NCBI GenBank assembly: GCA_040755855.1
Contig: JBFMAD010000001.1
Coordinates: 192,001-256,000, forward strand
DNA: 64,000 bases
Source: Planctomycetota bacterium
GTDB lineage: Bacteria > Planctomycetota > Brocadiia > JAADGH01
Direction: 5' to 3'
The notes beneath the pieces were generated by a model, which was not told the origin of the DNA, did not search any database, and was given only the letters and a program-made list of their open reading frames with translations. Each line of letters opens with the position of its first letter. Position 1 is the first letter of the stretch. Shown here piece by piece: positions 28,755 through 39,358 of this stretch. A program made the translations under genes and the position numbers.

Positions 28755-30620
28755 ATGATGCCGGAGGATACCTCGCTCGAGAGGAAACTGGGGCTGTGGG
28801 ATGTGTTCTCGATCTCCGCCGGGGCGATGATCAGCTCCGGGCTGTTCGTGCTGCCGGGCCTCGCCTTTGAGAAGGTTGGGCCGGCAATGATCGTGGCCTA
28901 CGGCCTGGCAGGAGTCCTGAACATCCCCACCATGTTCTCCCAAGCCGAGCTGGTGACGGCCATGCCCAAGTCCGCTGGCAGTTACTTCGTGGTGGAACGG
29001 AGCCTCGGCGCATTCATGGGCACGGTGGCGGGGCTGATCAACTGGTGCGCCATCGGCCTGAAGGCGGCGTTTGCGCTCGTGGGCATCGGCACGCTCGGGG
29101 CCTACTTCTTCCCATCGTTTGGCGAGTGGGCCGTCAAGGGGACGGCGGTCCTGTTCTGTGTGTTCTTCATGGTCCTGAATCTGACGACGGTGAAGGGGAC
29201 GGGGCGGCTCCAGGGCTGGCTGGTTGCCGGGCTTCTTGCGATCCTGATTCTATACGTCGGGGTCGGCCTCATGAACAGCGAGGCCATCCGGTACGCCCCA
29301 TTCTTTACGTCCGACTTCAAGACGTTCTTTGCCGTGACGGGCATGGTCTTCATCTCCTATGGGGGGCTGACGAAGGTGGTGGATGTGGCGGAGGAGGTCC
29401 GGCAGCCGGCGCGAAACCTGCCGGTGGGCATGTTCCTGGCCTATGGCGTGGTCAACGTCCTCTACGTCGCCGTGGCCTTTGTCACGGTCGGGGTGCTGGA
29501 CCGGATGGCCCTGTCGGGAAGTCTACGGCCGATCACTGAGGGCGCAGGCGCGATCATGGGCGGGGCGGGGTTGGTCCTCGTGGGTATCGCGGCGTTTCTC
29601 GCCTACGCCACCACGGGCAACGCGGGCATCCTCTCCGCCTCGCGTTCGCCCATGGCCATGAGCCGCGACGGGCTGCTGCCGGAGTTCCTTTCCAGAAAAA
29701 GCCGTCGCTTCGGGACGCCCCATGTCGCGATCCTCATCACGAGCGCATTCATGATTCTGGTTATCGTATTCCTCACGCTGGAGGACCTGGTCAAGACCGC
29801 CTCGGCCATGCTGATCCTCTCGCTGGCGCTGGTGAACGTGGCCGTGATCGTCATGCGGCGCAGCCGGATCGCAGGCTATCGTCCGACCTTTCGGGCGCCG
29901 TTCCACCCCTATCTTCCCATCGCGGCCATTGTGATCTACGGCTTTCTCATCGCGGAGATGGGCATGATTCCGCTGCTGGTCACGGCGGGCTTCATCGCGG
30001 CGGCGAGCGTCTGGTACGTGGTCTATGTGCAACACAAGATTGACCGCGAATCGGCCGTCGCATATCTCGTCAACACGATCCTCTCGAAGCACATCCGCCG
30101 CACGGGGCTGGAGGACGAGCTGGTGCAGATTTCCCTGGAGCGCGACGAGATCGTGGCCGATCGCTTCGACCGTCTGGTGCGCGACGCGCCGATCCTCGAC
30201 ATCAAGGAGAGGATTTCCGCCCTGGAATTGTTCGGTAAGATCAGCGAGGCCATGGCCGACCGCCTGCATGTGCCTCCCGCGCGCGTCCGCGAGCTTCTGA
30301 TCGAGCGGGAGAAGGAGTCGAATACCGTGATCCATCCCGGGCTGGCCATCCCGCATATTGTGGTGGACGGCGAGAAGATCTTCGAACTCACCATCGTGCG
30401 CTGCCAGGAGGGGGCCATCTTCTCGGAGCTCCATCCGCCGGTGCACACGGCCTTTGTCCTGATCGGCAGTTCGGACGAGCGCAATTTCCACTTGCGGGCG
30501 CTTATGGCCATTGCTCACATCGTGCAGGAGCCGAAGTTTCAGGAGCGCTGGATGCGTGCGAAGAACGTCGAGCAACTGCGCGACATCCTCCTCCTCTCTC
30601 GGCGCAGCCGACACGCCTGA
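28755..30620 (+). CDS. APC-family amino acid permease fused to a C-terminal PTS EIIA(Ntr/Fru)-like domain
   Basis: GAMISSGLFVLPG, AEEVRQPARNLP, ~12 TM segments; C-terminal LIERE..NTVIHPGLAIPH and HLRAL. Confidence 0.88.
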   Translation: MMPEDTSLERKLGLWDVFSISAGAMISSGLFVLPGLAFEKVGPAMIVAYGLAGVLNIPTMFSQAELVTAMPKSAGSYFVVERSLGAFMGTVAGLINWCAIGLKAAFALVGIGTLGAYFFPSFGEWAVKGTAVLFCVFFMVLNLTTVKGTGRLQGWLVAGLLAILILYVGVGLMNSEAIRYAPFFTSDFKTFFAVTGMVFISYGGLTKVVDVAEEVRQPARNLPVGMFLAYGVVNVLYVAVAFVTVGVLDRMALSGSLRPITEGAGAIMGGAGLVLVGIAAFLAYATTGNAGILSASRSPMAMSRDGLLPEFLSRKSRRFGTPHVAILITSAFMILVIVFLTLEDLVKTASAMLILSLALVNVAVIVMRRSRIAGYRPTFRAPFHPYLPIAAIVIYGFLIAEMGMIPLLVTAGFIAAASVWYVVYVQHKIDRESAVAYLVNTILSKHIRRTGLEDELVQISLERDEIVADRFDRLVRDAPILDIKERISALELFGKISEAMADRLHVPPARVRELLIEREKESNTVIHPGLAIPHIVVDGEKIFELTIVRCQEGAIFSELHPPVHTAFVLIGSSDERNFHLRALMAIAHIVQEPKFQERWMRAKNVEQLRDILLLSRRSRHA

Positions 30621-30637
30621 GCCGCCGGCCTGTTCTG

Positions 30638-31324
30638 CTAATCCCGCCCCAGGACCTTCATCGCCACATCCGGCCGGTCGCTGCAGATGAGGTCCACGCC
30701 GAAGCTCAAGGCGCGGCGGATTTCCTCCTCGGTATTAGGCGGCCAGGCGATCACAAGCAGGCCGACCTTGTGCGCGGCGTCCACGTACTCCTGCGTGATG
30801 TGGCGGATGTTCACGCTCACACGACCGGCCTTCGCCGAGAGGGCGCGCTCAATCGCATCGGGCGGGGGATTGCCGTAGATGTGCTCAACCGTCACATCCG
30901 GGCAGAGGGACTTCACCTCCTGCAAGCGCTCCGTCACGCCCGATGTGATGACCACGTCCGAGATCATGCCCATCTCGCGCACCGTGTCCACGACCGGCTT
31001 CGGTGTCCCATCGCCCTTCAGCTCGATGTGAATCTTCGCCTTGCCCTTGATGAGCGCCAGTACCTCGCGGAGCGTCGGGACCTGTTCCCCGTTTCCGGCA
31101 TCGAGCTTGCGAACCTCGTCAAAGGTCATCTCCTCTACGGGGCCGGAGCCGTTCGTCGTGCGATTCACCGTCTTGTCGTGCATGACGATGAGGCGCTTGT
31201 CCTTTGTCAGATAAACGTCCGTCTCGACATAATCCACCCCGATTTCCAGTGCGCGGCGGTACGACCGCAGCGTGTTCTCCGGCTCCAGGCCGGCCGCCCC
31301 GCGATGTCCGATGACTTGAATCAT
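30638..31324 (-). CDS. Glycerophosphodiester phosphodiesterase
   Basis: IGHRGAAGLEPENT, VETDV, MHD.TVNRTTNG, IELK. Confidence 0.92.
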   Translation of the reverse strand: MIQVIGHRGAAGLEPENTLRSYRRALEIGVDYVETDVYLTKDKRLIVMHDKTVNRTTNGSGPVEEMTFDEVRKLDAGNGEQVPTLREVLALIKGKAKIHIELKGDGTPKPVVDTVREMGMISDVVITSGVTERLQEVKSLCPDVTVEHIYGNPPPDAIERALSAKAGRVSVNIRHITQEYVDAAHKVGLLVIAWPPNTEEEIRRALSFGVDLICSDRPDVAMKVLGRD

Positions 31325-32598
31325 TCTTCTTTCCTTTCCTCGGTTGACTGATGTTCATGTGTACGAACAAAACATCTCCGGTTTGCCAGGAACCCCAACA
31401 GGGTAGCCAGCAGCCCGATAATGCCGACGGGGATGAACTTCGCCACGCCGTCGGGCCAGTAGAGGGCGCACCAGTCCACCGCCTTGCCCACGATGGGGGC
31501 GGTAATCATCGTGGCCACGGTCTGCGACTGGGAGTCTATGGAAAGCACCGTGGCCGTCGCCTCCGCCTCGGCATGGATGTTGAACCGGCTGATCTGTGCG
31601 GGCCGCCAGAAGTTCTGAAGCATGTAAAGGACGATATACACCCCCATCGCCACAACCATGAAATTGCCCCAGAAGACGGGGATGAGGACGGCATAGGCAA
31701 CGATGCTCGCCAGCCATATCCACCGTGCGGCGCGGTCCTCGCCTCGCGCCTTGTCCACCACCACATGGGAATAGCGCGACGCCGCGCCCGACAGGATGTG
31801 AAGGACGAAGAACACAATGCCGACGAGCACCGCCGTGCGCTTCTCGTTGGGCAGGGCCAGGAGCATCGGCAGGGCCAATGCGGTCTGCTTCAGGATGGGC
31901 TGCAGGTAGTCCTTGAGCGCCTTGAACGCCCCTTCGCTGCACATCGTCTCGACCACCAGCCCGCGCAGAGCTGGCTTTCGTATTACCTGCTTGATCGACC
32001 CGAATAGGATGCGAACCATCTCGCGGAGAGAGATGCGCCGGTCCGTTGCCCCGTCCAGGCTCTTGGGGTAGCCCAAAAAATTGATGACCCCCAGGACATA
32101 GGGGATGATGGAGAAATAGAAGATATACACGTAGTTCTGGCTGATGAACACAAGCGCCGCGGCGATGACGACCGATACCGCCGAGCCGATCTGCGACCAC
32201 GCGCGCGTGAAGCCATAGACCTTCGTCTTCTCGTCAGCGCGGCCCTGCTGGGCGAGCCAGTCGAAGATCATCGCCTTGTGCGTGCCGGTGCGGAATGCCT
32301 CGCCGACGGCGAAAAGGAACATGGCCGGAAAGAACTGCCAGTACTCGCGGCCCAGGCCGAAGGCGACAAAAGAGACAATATAGGCGAAGAACGATAGGAT
32401 CATCGAGCGCCGCCGCCCCCACACGTCGGCCACCGCACCGCTGGGAACCTCGAAAAGATAGATGCATATCTCCCGGAAGGAGATGAGGTAACCGATCTGG
32501 GTGTAGCTCATGCCCTTCTGTATGAAGGCAAGGATCAGGAACGACTCGTAGTACTGCTGGTTTTTCAGAAACCCGTAGAGGGAGAAACGAAAAAGCAT
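31321..32598 (-). CDS. MFS transporter
   Basis: EVPSGAVADVWGRR, GEAFRTGTHKAMI, ~12 TM segments; start at 32598 or 32625. Confidence 0.88.
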   Translation of the reverse strand: MLFRFSLYGFLKNQQYYESFLILAFIQKGMSYTQIGYLISFREICIYLFEVPSGAVADVWGRRRSMILSFFAYIVSFVAFGLGREYWQFFPAMFLFAVGEAFRTGTHKAMIFDWLAQQGRADEKTKVYGFTRAWSQIGSAVSVVIAAALVFISQNYVYIFYFSIIPYVLGVINFLGYPKSLDGATDRRISLREMVRILFGSIKQVIRKPALRGLVVETMCSEGAFKALKDYLQPILKQTALALPMLLALPNEKRTAVLVGIVFFVLHILSGAASRYSHVVVDKARGEDRAARWIWLASIVAYAVLIPVFWGNFMVVAMGVYIVLYMLQNFWRPAQISRFNIHAEAEATATVLSIDSQSQTVATMITAPIVGKAVDWCALYWPDGVAKFIPVGIIGLLATLLGFLANRRCFVRTHEHQSTEERKEE

Positions 32599-32727
32599 CG
32601 GCGTCTCGACTCCATGCGACATCACTGTGGGATGCCATTATATCCCGAAACGTGTTTACAATGACAACATGATTTTGTATCTTGACGTCGTGGACTATGC
32701 CCCAAGCAATGTTCCGGGAGACTGCAC

Positions 32728-34761
32728 ATGAGGAAAACCATATCGCTCTTCGCGGCAATTATTCTCCTCCACGGATGCGCCAAGCCCCCATCCCCCGCGG
32801 CGCCTGCCGAGAAACTACCGCCCATCCGGATTGACAAGGTTGATCTCGACCAGGACGGCGAGGCGGAGGTCGTGATCGAGAACGATTGCCTCAAGCTCAT
32901 CGCCCTTCTGCCCCAGAGCAAGGGCGTAGAGAAATACGAGACACGCTTCGTCTGGGGCGGATGGATTACTGATGCGATCTCCAAACCAGTCGGCCTGAAC
33001 CACATGGTCGGCAGATACTTCCGCCACGGCGACATTGATTGGGACCACGCGCACTACCTCGGCCTGCCCGATCAGTTCGAGAAGACGATCCTCCTCGATG
33101 AGACAGAGACGCTGCGCAAGGAACTCCTTATCGGCGTCGGCGTCCTGTCGCGCGAGAAGGGACCCGCCGCCAAAGGGGCCAAGTGGACCCTCGCGGAGAC
33201 CGCGCCGTGGACGTTCAAGGTCGAGGACCGTCCCGACGGCGCAAAGATCGCATGCTTCACTCAGAACCTGAACACCAGCTACGGTTACGCCTACGAGCTG
33301 ACGCGGCGCATCCTCGTCGAGCCGGAGAGATCGGTCTTTCGCATCGAGACCACCCTCCGCAACACCGGCGCCAAGCCCATTGACACGGACTGGTATCTGC
33401 ACCCCTTCTTCGCCTACGGCGGCTACGGCGGCGAATGCTGGCAGGAGATTCCTCTGGCCCTCGGAGACAAGGGCGAAGTGCGCCGAGAATCGTTTGCCCT
33501 GCCGACGATGCAGCCCCCCGGCACGGTGTGGGGCTGGCTCACGCCGCCGGAACTGGGCGGGGAGAACTGGTTTGCCACGGGAGGCGGCGAGAAAGAATTG
33601 TTCTTCGCGGCGCGATGGGAATTCCCCCTCCTCCGCCTGCGCAACTGGCTGCGCGGGCGCACCTACGCCATCGAGCCGTTCACGAAGATTGACCTCCTGC
33701 CGGGGAAGGAAGCAACCTGGGGCATGGACATCATTCTCGGCTCGGGCCTGTCACAGGTCGCCCATGTGGACCGACAGGGCGCCTTCGATGCCCGCATTTC
33801 CAAGCCGGATCAGTTCGAGATTCTGTTTATGCCCACAGCGCCCATCGAGGATGGCCTCGTGCACATCCGCATCGAGTCGTTGGGCGGGGTCGGCATCTTC
33901 GACGAGACGCGGCCCATTAAGAAATGCGCCGCCGGTTCGACATGTCGGGTCCCTGTGGATGTGCTGCTGCCGGACGACCGGCCCGTGCGCGTCAAGATTG
34001 CCGTCACCGTCGAAGCCAAGAAGCTGATCGAGGCGTCGCGGGTGGTCAATCCGCGAGGGGCCGCGCGCGGCCCCTCCATGAAGCGTCTCGCCGGCAAACG
34101 GGTACTCATCGTCGCCGACAGCAACGACCCGACGCGCCGGAATGAACTGCTCTACCTCTGCGCCGCCCTCGGGCGCGAGGGCGCAAGCATCGAGTCCGCG
34201 TCCCCCTCGAAACTGCCCGCGCTGAGTCCCTTCCACGTCGTCGTCCTCCTGAGCGCCGCCGACCTGGATGCGGGCGGCCTCCGCCGCTATCTCGAAGCCG
34301 GAGGGGGGCTGTTCGCAACCGCGCCGTTCGCCATGTCGCTTCAGCCGATGCTCCCCACCGGCGGGATGCCTGAGCCTGTCGAACGGGTGGAGCGTCCCCC
34401 CATGCCCCAGCGCTCCGGCGATCCCCAGGCCGAGAACATCCCGGCGCTGCGGATCCACCTGGTCCCCGGCATCGAGCACCCCATTCGTCGCGGATTGCCC
34501 CTCTATCCCGAGACCGTTCAGAGCATCGGGCGTTTCTACCACGTAAAGCCGGGGCGGGGGGCGGATGTTGTTCTTCGCTATACCGACGGTCACGCGCCGG
34601 CGCTGATTCTGGATTCCGGGAAGCGGGTCGCGGTGTTTATGAGCCCCCTCGCCTGGGGCGAACCGGCGCACTGGATCCTGTGGGGGACGTTTTCCGAGTA
34701 TCACCGCGAACTCATGATACGGATCGTGATCTGGTGCTGCGAAAAAGGGAAGGCGACCTGA
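32728..34761 (+). CDS. Putative lipoprotein; galactose-mutarotase-like N-terminal and GATase/ThuA-like C-terminal domains (hypothetical)
   Basis: Lipobox LHGC; TLRNTG..PI...WYLHPFF; YLEAGGGL and HPI..GL segments. Confidence 0.55.
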   Translation: MRKTISLFAAIILLHGCAKPPSPAAPAEKLPPIRIDKVDLDQDGEAEVVIENDCLKLIALLPQSKGVEKYETRFVWGGWITDAISKPVGLNHMVGRYFRHGDIDWDHAHYLGLPDQFEKTILLDETETLRKELLIGVGVLSREKGPAAKGAKWTLAETAPWTFKVEDRPDGAKIACFTQNLNTSYGYAYELTRRILVEPERSVFRIETTLRNTGAKPIDTDWYLHPFFAYGGYGGECWQEIPLALGDKGEVRRESFALPTMQPPGTVWGWLTPPELGGENWFATGGGEKELFFAARWEFPLLRLRNWLRGRTYAIEPFTKIDLLPGKEATWGMDIILGSGLSQVAHVDRQGAFDARISKPDQFEILFMPTAPIEDGLVHIRIESLGGVGIFDETRPIKKCAAGSTCRVPVDVLLPDDRPVRVKIAVTVEAKKLIEASRVVNPRGAARGPSMKRLAGKRVLIVADSNDPTRRNELLYLCAALGREGASIESASPSKLPALSPFHVVVLLSAADLDAGGLRRYLEAGGGLFATAPFAMSLQPMLPTGGMPEPVERVERPPMPQRSGDPQAENIPALRIHLVPGIEHPIRRGLPLYPETVQSIGRFYHVKPGRGADVVLRYTDGHAPALILDSGKRVAVFMSPLAWGEPAHWILWGTFSEYHRELMIRIVIWCCEKGKAT

Positions 34762-34768
34762 GGGGCCC

Positions 34769-34801
34769 GACCTCCCGGATGTTCGGAACCTCCGGGAGGT
34801 C
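34769..34801. repeat. REP-like palindrome, copy 2
   Basis: GACCTCCCGGATGTTCGGAACCTCCGGGAGGTC, between convergent genes. Confidence 0.85.
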
Positions 34802-34830
34802 GAAACCTGATATGCTCCCCGGCACCTGAC

Positions 34831-36291
34831 CTACCGGATATACCCCCGCTTCCGACACTCGGAAATGAACGCCCCATGTTGGTCGGCATAGGCCTGCGCT
34901 CTGTCGGGCCTCGGCCCGATCTCCTCGGCGAAATGGACCATGGCCTGGGTGGCGCTGGTGAGGCTGGGATAGGCCGAGTGCGAGGCGGCCAGGAGGCAGC
35001 AGCCGAAGGCCGACTCGGCGACCTGTGGGCGCAGGAGGGGGCGGCCCAGGATGTCGGCGCGAATCTGCATCCACTCGCAGCTTTTCGAGCCGCCGCCTGT
35101 GGCGAAGATGCGGTCGTTGATGGAGACGCCCAGTTCGGCCAGCAGATCGTAGCACATCCGTTCCACATGGGCGACGCCTTCGAGGAGAGCGGCGTATCGC
35201 TCAGTTTCGTCCCTGGGATCGCCGATGAGGAATCCCGTCGCGTCTTTCTTTGCAAAGGGGAAGCGCTCGCCCGTGCGTTCGAGGGGATAGGCCAGAAGGC
35301 CGGTGGGCGATATGCCGATGGCCTGCTTGTCCAGTTCGGGGAAGTTGCGTCCTGCGAACTGATGTGCGAGGCATTCGCCGCCGACGTTGCTCGCGCCGCC
35401 GGGGAGCCAGTAGCCGGAGGGGTGTCTGTGGCTGTAGAGCCTGCCCTCGGGGTCAATGAGGATCTTCTCGGAGATGCCCTTTATGACAAGGGTCGTGCCG
35501 AGGGTGGAGTTGAAGTCGCCCACCTGCGACGCGCCGGAGGAGAGGAATCCGGCGGTGCCGTCGCTGACGCCGGCGACGGCCTTGGTTCGGAGCGAGAGGC
35601 CGGTGGCCTCGGTGCAGGCGAGGCAGAGATTGGCAATGAGCCTGCCGGGCTTCACGAGGTCCGGCAGCTTCTCCAGAGGGATGCCGAGACGGGACGGGAT
35701 GAAACGGGGCCAGGCGCTCTGGAAGAGGTTGCAACCCGTTTTCAGGGCGGAGGATAGATCGGTTGTTGCGAAGTCGCCCGTGAGTCGTCCCATGATGTAG
35801 TCGGTGGCATGGATGAAGCGGTGGGCCTGCTCGAAGATGCGGGGTTCGTGGTTCTTGATCCAGAGGATTTTTGCCAGGGCGTAGGAGGACGAGAATCGGT
35901 AGCCATGCTGCCGGCAGTGCTCGACTGCCACGCTGTTGATCTCCTCGGCCTCGGCCTCGGCCCGCGCGTCGTTATACATGATGGCCGAACGCAGGGGGCG
36001 GCCTGCGGCGTCAATGGGGAGGATGGTTCCCGATGTCGAGTCAACGCTCAATGCGACAATGCGATCGGATGAGACGCCATTCTTGCCGAGTTGAGAGACG
36101 ACTTGATTGATGCAGGCAACGGTGGCCTGCCACCACTGCTGGGGGTCTTGCTCGTGCCAGCCGGGATTCCGCGCGACGTTGGCAGGCGAGGAGAAGGGTC
36201 GCGACGCGCTGGCCGCGAGGGATCCCTGCTCGTCGGCAACGATGCATCGCGCTCCCTGTGTGCCGACGTCAATGCCGAGGAAGTATTTCAC
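34831..36291 (-). CDS. FGGY-family carbohydrate kinase
   Basis: LGIDVGTQG, DSTSGT, MYND.RA, GVSDG, LGTTLVIK, GGASNVGG, ATGGGS. Confidence 0.9.
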   Translation of the reverse strand: MKYFLGIDVGTQGARCIVADEQGSLAASASRPFSSPANVARNPGWHEQDPQQWWQATVACINQVVSQLGKNGVSSDRIVALSVDSTSGTILPIDAAGRPLRSAIMYNDARAEAEAEEINSVAVEHCRQHGYRFSSSYALAKILWIKNHEPRIFEQAHRFIHATDYIMGRLTGDFATTDLSSALKTGCNLFQSAWPRFIPSRLGIPLEKLPDLVKPGRLIANLCLACTEATGLSLRTKAVAGVSDGTAGFLSSGASQVGDFNSTLGTTLVIKGISEKILIDPEGRLYSHRHPSGYWLPGGASNVGGECLAHQFAGRNFPELDKQAIGISPTGLLAYPLERTGERFPFAKKDATGFLIGDPRDETERYAALLEGVAHVERMCYDLLAELGVSINDRIFATGGGSKSCEWMQIRADILGRPLLRPQVAESAFGCCLLAASHSAYPSLTSATQAMVHFAEEIGPRPDRAQAYADQHGAFISECRKRGYIR

Positions 36292-36493
36292 AAGGGCCTC
36301 TCGTGTCTGCTGAAGGGATAATCCACGCGCGGCGGCCGTTTTCATGCCGGCCTATCACCCGTGCAATATACCATAGACGTGGGAATGTGCAACTGAATTA
36401 TGGCGGGTACAGAAAACGACTGGTGCGACGCGGCTTATGCTGTGCGTCCGGTCGGCAGGAATGCAATAATAGATTGGATCTGCAAGGATGCCT

Positions 36494-36742
36494 TCAATCT
36501 TCTTCAGAAAGCAGGTCTTGAACAAGCTCTGAGTCCCGGACGCCGAGGAAGCGCACGCCGGTCAGGACGCATCGCGCTGTCCGCCCGGGGGTCACATTGG
36601 CCAGTTCCTTGGCACATCGGCGGCAACGTCTGTTGCCGGGGCCGGACGACATGAACATCCGGTCGCAGGAGAGGCAGCGGCGCATTTTGCGCAGCTCCCC
36701 CCCAAGAGCAAATCCCTTGCGTCTCCTTCGTGATCTAAACAT
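36494..36742 (-). CDS. Small C4 zinc-finger protein (hypothetical)
   Basis: RRCLSCDRMFMSSGPGNRRCRRC; basic N-terminus, acidic C-terminus; GGAGAAGGG RBS. Confidence 0.6.
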   Translation of the reverse strand: MFRSRRRRKGFALGGELRKMRRCLSCDRMFMSSGPGNRRCRRCAKELANVTPGRTARCVLTGVRFLGVRDSELVQDLLSEED

Positions 36743-37035
36743 CCCTTCTCCAATATCGCAAAATGAGAAAAACACCGCCTAACGCCCCGTTCCAGTAGTA
36801 TATACGCACTTTCCTTGCCGAACGTTCAGGAAAAATGCCATTAAAAATGTTTAATGTCATTCGTCCTGCAGCCATCGGTCTTTCTTTTGTATATTTTTAG
36901 ACGCTGCTTCCTTCTCAGAAGTTCGAAAAAATCCATATTTTCTTTTGCGGGTGCAAGCCAAGGGCGAGTTGCCGCGCGGCTTCTTTACAGTTCGGCAAAT
37001 CTCTTTACCTTGCGGATGTGTTGCGGAATTTTTCG

Positions 37036-37070
37036 TTGACAAGATTGGGTATGGGGGGGTAGAATTGAAA
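37036..37070 (+). promoter_or_regulatory. Sigma70-like promoter
   Basis: TTGACA-18 nt-TAGAAT upstream of 37151. Confidence 0.55.
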
Positions 37071-37150
37071 TTCCTAAAGCGATGCCCATCTCGACCCGAG
37101 TGCCGATATCGAGTTGTATTGCGCGGAGTATCTTTACGTAGGGATCAGTC

Positions 37151-37624
37151 ATGCCCCCCCAATTGTTGGTAAACCTCGACGGGATTGACTTAAACCAAGT
37201 GGAAGTGCCCATTGACGGGGTTCGGGAATGTAATCCCCAGCGCTATGAGATGGAGCAGATCAACGGCATCATCCGATTCGATCCTGGCAACCAGTATGTG
37301 GTTGCCTACAAGGATGTTCGCGACGACGAGTTTTGGGTCCGAGGCCACATTCCCGGGCGGCCGCTGCTGCCGGGGGTGTTGATGGCCGAGGCGGCGGCCC
37401 AGGCATGCACGTATTACTACAAGCGGTGCACGAAAGATGAGCGGTTTCTCGGGTTTGGGGGACTGGACCAAGTGAAGTTCCGGGGAACCGTTGTCCCAGG
37501 GGATCGTCTCATCATCATCGCAAAGAATATCGAACTCAAGAGCCGACGGGCCGTCTTCGAGACGCAGGGGGTTGTGAACGGACGGGTCGTTTTCGAGGGG
37601 GTCGTAACAGGGATGCCGGTATAG
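37151..37624 (+). CDS. fabZ: FabA/FabZ-family 3-hydroxyacyl-ACP dehydratase (planctomycete type)
   Basis: NPQRYEMEQ, EFWVRGHIPGRPLLPGVLMAEAAAQ, VKFRGTVVPGD. Confidence 0.8.
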   Translation: MPPQLLVNLDGIDLNQVEVPIDGVRECNPQRYEMEQINGIIRFDPGNQYVVAYKDVRDDEFWVRGHIPGRPLLPGVLMAEAAAQACTYYYKRCTKDERFLGFGGLDQVKFRGTVVPGDRLIIIAKNIELKSRRAVFETQGVVNGRVVFEGVVTGMPV

Positions 37625-37696
37625 GGGCTTATGGCCCCTTGCGAGCGGCGCGCGTGGGCCGCCGACTGGGCCCCAAGGCCGAGACGGAGTTGTACC

Positions 37697-39358
37697 ATGG
37701 CGATTGACGTTGAATGCCCAAATCCCGACTGTGGGTGCCGAATGCAGTTCGATTCGGTTCCGGCGGACGGAGAGATCACCTGCCCGGCCTGTGGGGAGAA
37801 GATTCAAGTGGCCGAGCCGGAGGAAGCCGCAGAAGAGGTCAAGGATACCCCCGCCATCCAGGAGGAATACCGGCGCGCGGAGGAAATGGCCGAGCAGACG
37901 GTGCTGGACCTGGAGCCTGTTCTAGTCGCTCCGCCCGTGGCGCAGCCTACGGTGGCGGCCCCCGCAAAGCCTGCGGAGGAAGCCGATCTGGACGAAGGGG
38001 GGGAGGATCGCCCCATCCACCAGTGGGTGGGCGAAACGGCGGCGAGCCCGCCGGACACCCCAACGCAGTCCCGAGTAAAGCGGGTGCGCGAGTTGCCGCC
38101 GGTGCTCATCGTGTCGGTGTTTAGCTGTACACTTCTTATCGTCCTCATCATCGGCAAGTGGTACATCCAGACGGGGCGCTGGGCAGGGGAGACACCCGAA
38201 CCGCCGCCCTCTCCCGCAGCCCCCCAGCCGAAGGAAGAGGGACCCTCCCCAGTAGAAGGCAAGGCGTCGGTTGACGGGTGGGGATCGGACGAGGAGATTG
38301 CAAAAAAGCTGGGGAAGCGGCTTGAGGAGTGGGAGAAAAGCCGACCCGACCCGAAATTTGTCACCGTCAAGAGCGACGGCACGGCAAACTTCAAGACCAT
38401 TCGTGAGGCTTTGATGACCGTCGAGAGCGGCGGAGTTGTGGAAATCCAGGACAGCCACATCTATGACGAGGGCAATGTGGGGAGTTACAATAGCGAGGAC
38501 CCGGAGGAGAGAGGGGTCAACCGAAAGCGAAACGTCACCATCCGGGTGGCCAACGGAAAAAGGGCGGGCATCCGATGGCCGGCCGACATGGAACTGAAGA
38601 ACTATAGCAATTACCTGCTGTATATCGGGGCGGACTGGAAGATTCGGAATCTGGTTTTCGTAGGGCATAATTCAAAAAAGATCTCGGCGGTTGGGAGTTA
38701 CTATGGCGGCCTGGATGTGCGCGGGTGCACGTTTTCGCACCTGCGATACGGCGTCATGCGCGGGTCAAACCATGAGGAGACCGAGATCCGCGACAGCGTG
38801 TTCCAGGATGTCTACGGGGCTGTGCTGCTCGCCGCCTCGTCCGAGATGCCCCACGTAGTCTTCCACAATAACTTGGTGAAGAACGCCGGCAGCGTTTTCG
38901 TAGTCTATCAGCCAAAAGATCAGGCGGGAACCCCTGATCTGCTTGCCTTTTCAGTGTATGAGAACATCTTTATCGAGGTTGGCGATCTTCTCCGCGGGGG
39001 CGCTTTGCCGAAGCGGATGGATCTGAGGTGGAACTACAACTGCTTCTGGAAGATGGGCGGGCCCGGCGCCCCCTCCTCGCAGGGACAGTCATCCGAGCCG
39101 AATGTTCTGGCCACACATCTCACCGGACTGCAGAAGGCCAAAAAATGCGACGAACAGTCAATTACGGCGGATCCCCTTCTCTTGAAGGATGGCCGCTTGG
39201 ACGCAAATTCCCCCTGCCGCGGCAAGGGCAGAAACGGAGGAGACATGGGGGTCAACTGGTCGCACATTACAGCACAGGCCGGTTCAGACCCCGACACGGG
39301 CGCCGCGCCCGGCAAGGGTGAAGGACCGGGAAAGGCAAGCAAGACGAGCGGGCTATAA
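37697..39358 (+). CDS. Zinc-ribbon / disordered linker / single TM / pectin-lyase-like beta-helix protein
   Basis: CPNPDC...CPACG; Pro/Glu-rich linker; one TM; VKSDG..NFKTIREAL; C-terminal ADP...SPCRGKG..GGDMG. Confidence 0.7.
   Translation: MAIDVECPNPDCGCRMQFDSVPADGEITCPACGEKIQVAEPEEAAEEVKDTPAIQEEYRRAEEMAEQTVLDLEPVLVAPPVAQPTVAAPAKPAEEADLDEGGEDRPIHQWVGETAASPPDTPTQSRVKRVRELPPVLIVSVFSCTLLIVLIIGKWYIQTGRWAGETPEPPPSPAAPQPKEEGPSPVEGKASVDGWGSDEEIAKKLGKRLEEWEKSRPDPKFVTVKSDGTANFKTIREALMTVESGGVVEIQDSHIYDEGNVGSYNSEDPEERGVNRKRNVTIRVANGKRAGIRWPADMELKNYSNYLLYIGADWKIRNLVFVGHNSKKISAVGSYYGGLDVRGCTFSHLRYGVMRGSNHEETEIRDSVFQDVYGAVLLAASSEMPHVVFHNNLVKNAGSVFVVYQPKDQAGTPDLLAFSVYENIFIEVGDLLRGGALPKRMDLRWNYNCFWKMGGPGAPSSQGQSSEPNVLATHLTGLQKAKKCDEQSITADPLLLKDGRLDANSPCRGKGRNGGDMGVNWSHITAQAGSDPDTGAAPGKGEGPGKASKTSGL

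Noticed and set aside
36745..37150. oriC or an RNA gene in the AT-rich gap
   Set aside because: No clustered DnaA boxes, tRNA cloverleaf or known ncRNA motif was visible.
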